DNA from: Anolis carolinensis
Lineage: Eukaryota
Assembly (NCBI RefSeq): GCF_035594765.1
Contig: NC_085844.1
Span: forward strand, 186,388,107-186,452,106
Length of the DNA stretch: 64,000 nt
Reading direction: 5' to 3'
Notes under the pieces: model-generated
Databases searched by the model: none
Told to the model about the DNA's origin: nothing
Seen by the model: only the letters and a program-made list of their open reading frames with translations
Program-made: the position numbers and the translations under genes
In this document: piece after piece, positions 61,946 through 64,000 of the stretch
How positions within the stretch are numbered: the stretch's first letter is position 1
Layout: each line of letters opens with the position of its first letter

Positions 61946-62497
61946 CTATACAGAAACAAGACACAGACAATAGGGGTTATGATAAAATCTTTAAAATAAC
62001 ATGTAAGTTGTTGGCTGAGTGCTTCTTCTCTATCAAGACCACAAAAATAAAATGTTTTCAACTAATATGTAGCACAACACTTCTCACAGAGTCCACCAAA
62101 CATCACTTACAACAAGGTATCCATGTCTTTCTGCTAAAAGTCAACTGAAGTTTCCAGTCTGTATAGCTGCATAGGAAAATTAGTTACTTATACCTCTAAT
62201 CACTACCTATGTTAAACAATAATTTCTGCTAAGGACAGAAACTTTCAAAAGAATACTGAATAGGTCTTTTAAGGTAAAATTACACTGTAACATCTAAACA
62301 TTTTAAGCAACAATTAAACAATATTGCCAATTCTCTTCTCTGACCATGATTCCCCTTCCTTCAATTATCAGTTCCACTGTGAGAATTACACTTACACTCC
62401 CCAACAATTCATAAGTAATCAAACTTAAAAACTGAAACGATCACCAAATTTACACTGTTTCAGAGCCAAAGAAATCACTTTCTCTCTAAAAACAAAC

Positions 62498-62544
<47 letters not shown>

Positions 62545-63323
62545 TTTATTTTGGTATCCCGCCTCCATCTCCCCGAAGGGACTCGAGGCAGCTTACATGG
62601 GGCCAAGCCCGGGTAATTACAATAAACAGAGGATAAAAACACATCAAAATAAAAGTACAAAATTAAACACATTAATATAATAAATTAAAATAGTGACCAT
62701 AATATAATTAAACATAATTTAGACACCAGAGTAAAAATCAACTTTCCCATACATGTAAATTGAGGGAAGTCATTATATTACTAAAGTTACTTTGAGGCAT
62801 TTTTTAAATTTTGTGCTGCATTATGTTTCATAGTAATATGTTTATGAGGAAGATTAAAAGAGAGGAAGTGAACACTGAATGACCCTACATATGATGGTGA
62901 TTTATGGAAGAGTGCGAGGGTGAAATGCTGTTAAGATGAGGTAAGTTTGATAGATATATTAGTGTTTGAATAAAGACCAAAAGAGGACGAGTGATGGATG
63001 CTGAAAATGTGATCGTGTAATACTTTAAGATTATATGATATAATATAGATATAGAGTTTCTAACAAAACCAACTATGTGTAAACTAACAAAACTATGTGT
63101 AGTAAATTCATATTATCTATTGAACATAATGATGCTTACTGTTAGAATCAAAAAGTGCTTGGGAAACCAAAAGAGCCTGAATGTAGAGTTTAGAGCTTAA
63201 ATGTTGAAAGAGTACTCATTATAAAAGGAACCGCCATATACAAGCCTGAGAGGAACTGGATCCAATGAAGAGCCTGTTGGCAGCATACTTTTAAGAAGAG
63301 TGCGGAGATGCTGAGATGAGATG

Positions 63324-63365
<42 letters not shown>

Positions 63366-64000
63366 TATTTTTTATATGCCACCTCCATCTCCCCGAGGGG
63401 AATCGGGGTGGCTCACATGGGGACAAAGCCCTAAAAACAACAATTGACATATACATAAAATAGTACAAGTTACAACATTAAAATACATAGCAAAAGCCAA
63501 ACAATTTTAAAAACTCAAATAACCACATATCAAAGTAGTTAGGCAAGGGAGTGGGGATGTTTAGGATTACATGGGAGGGGCAGACTTATGCAACATGAAT
63601 AATCGAACCCGAGTGGGGTAAAGTGCTAGGTGCATCACTGAAGGTGATGATTGACAATATAAGTACCCCAATGGGCACCTTCTTCTACTGAGGGTTGCAT
63701 TCCATCTGGAGAAATTTGTCAGCGACTACTTATCAATGTTGCATGTGGCTGAAGCGAGTATGTGTGGGAGAAAAGGAGAAGATAGCATTCCCCCTTTATC
63801 ACTCTTTTTCTACCATGTTTTCTTTCTTCTCATTTCCCCCCTTTATTGTCTCTCCACCATACTAGAGTTTCCATATCTCAGGATCTGGTTGTTCTTCTCC
63901 AGTGCTTTGGGCAAGGTGATGAAATCTCATGGCAAGAGCAGTGAAAAATGTGCCCATATATGGTATTATCCTCATTTTGCTGTACCTGGTATTCTTATTT

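Noticed and set aside
61946-64000. Mini-exon A (GGSPIR-type) upstream of the Ig2 exon
   Set aside because: No matching 9- or 18-nt exon with splice sites was found by eye; it is probably beyond the window end.

Overview
This is vertebrate genomic DNA, most likely from an anole-type squamate lizard, judging by the Sauria SINE, Vingi, Dong/R4, L2, CR1, RTE, Penelope and hAT/Tc1-mariner repeats. The whole window lies inside one minus-strand gene, PTPRF (LAR receptor tyrosine phosphatase). I traced 14 coding exons by hand, all with AG/GT boundaries and consistent phases, from the end of Ig2 (61945) through Ig3 and FN3 repeats 1-8 to the membrane-proximal region (399). Two are microexons: 12-nt meB (DQRE) and a divergent 27-nt meC/LASE-c-like exon (LRFKDSADH). 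Neither end of the gene is in the window. The most unusual signals are in intronic retroelements: (i) a TSD-flanked Dong/R4 element whose 5' part is inverted, consistent with twin priming; (ii) a ~115-135 nt structured 5' RNA module with a kink-turn, shared with compensatory changes between that Dong element and an unrelated RTE-derived element 18 kb away; (iii) a Penelope remnant carrying two oppositely oriented minimal hammerhead ribozymes. Family assignments come from recalled motifs and reference sequences; no database search was run.
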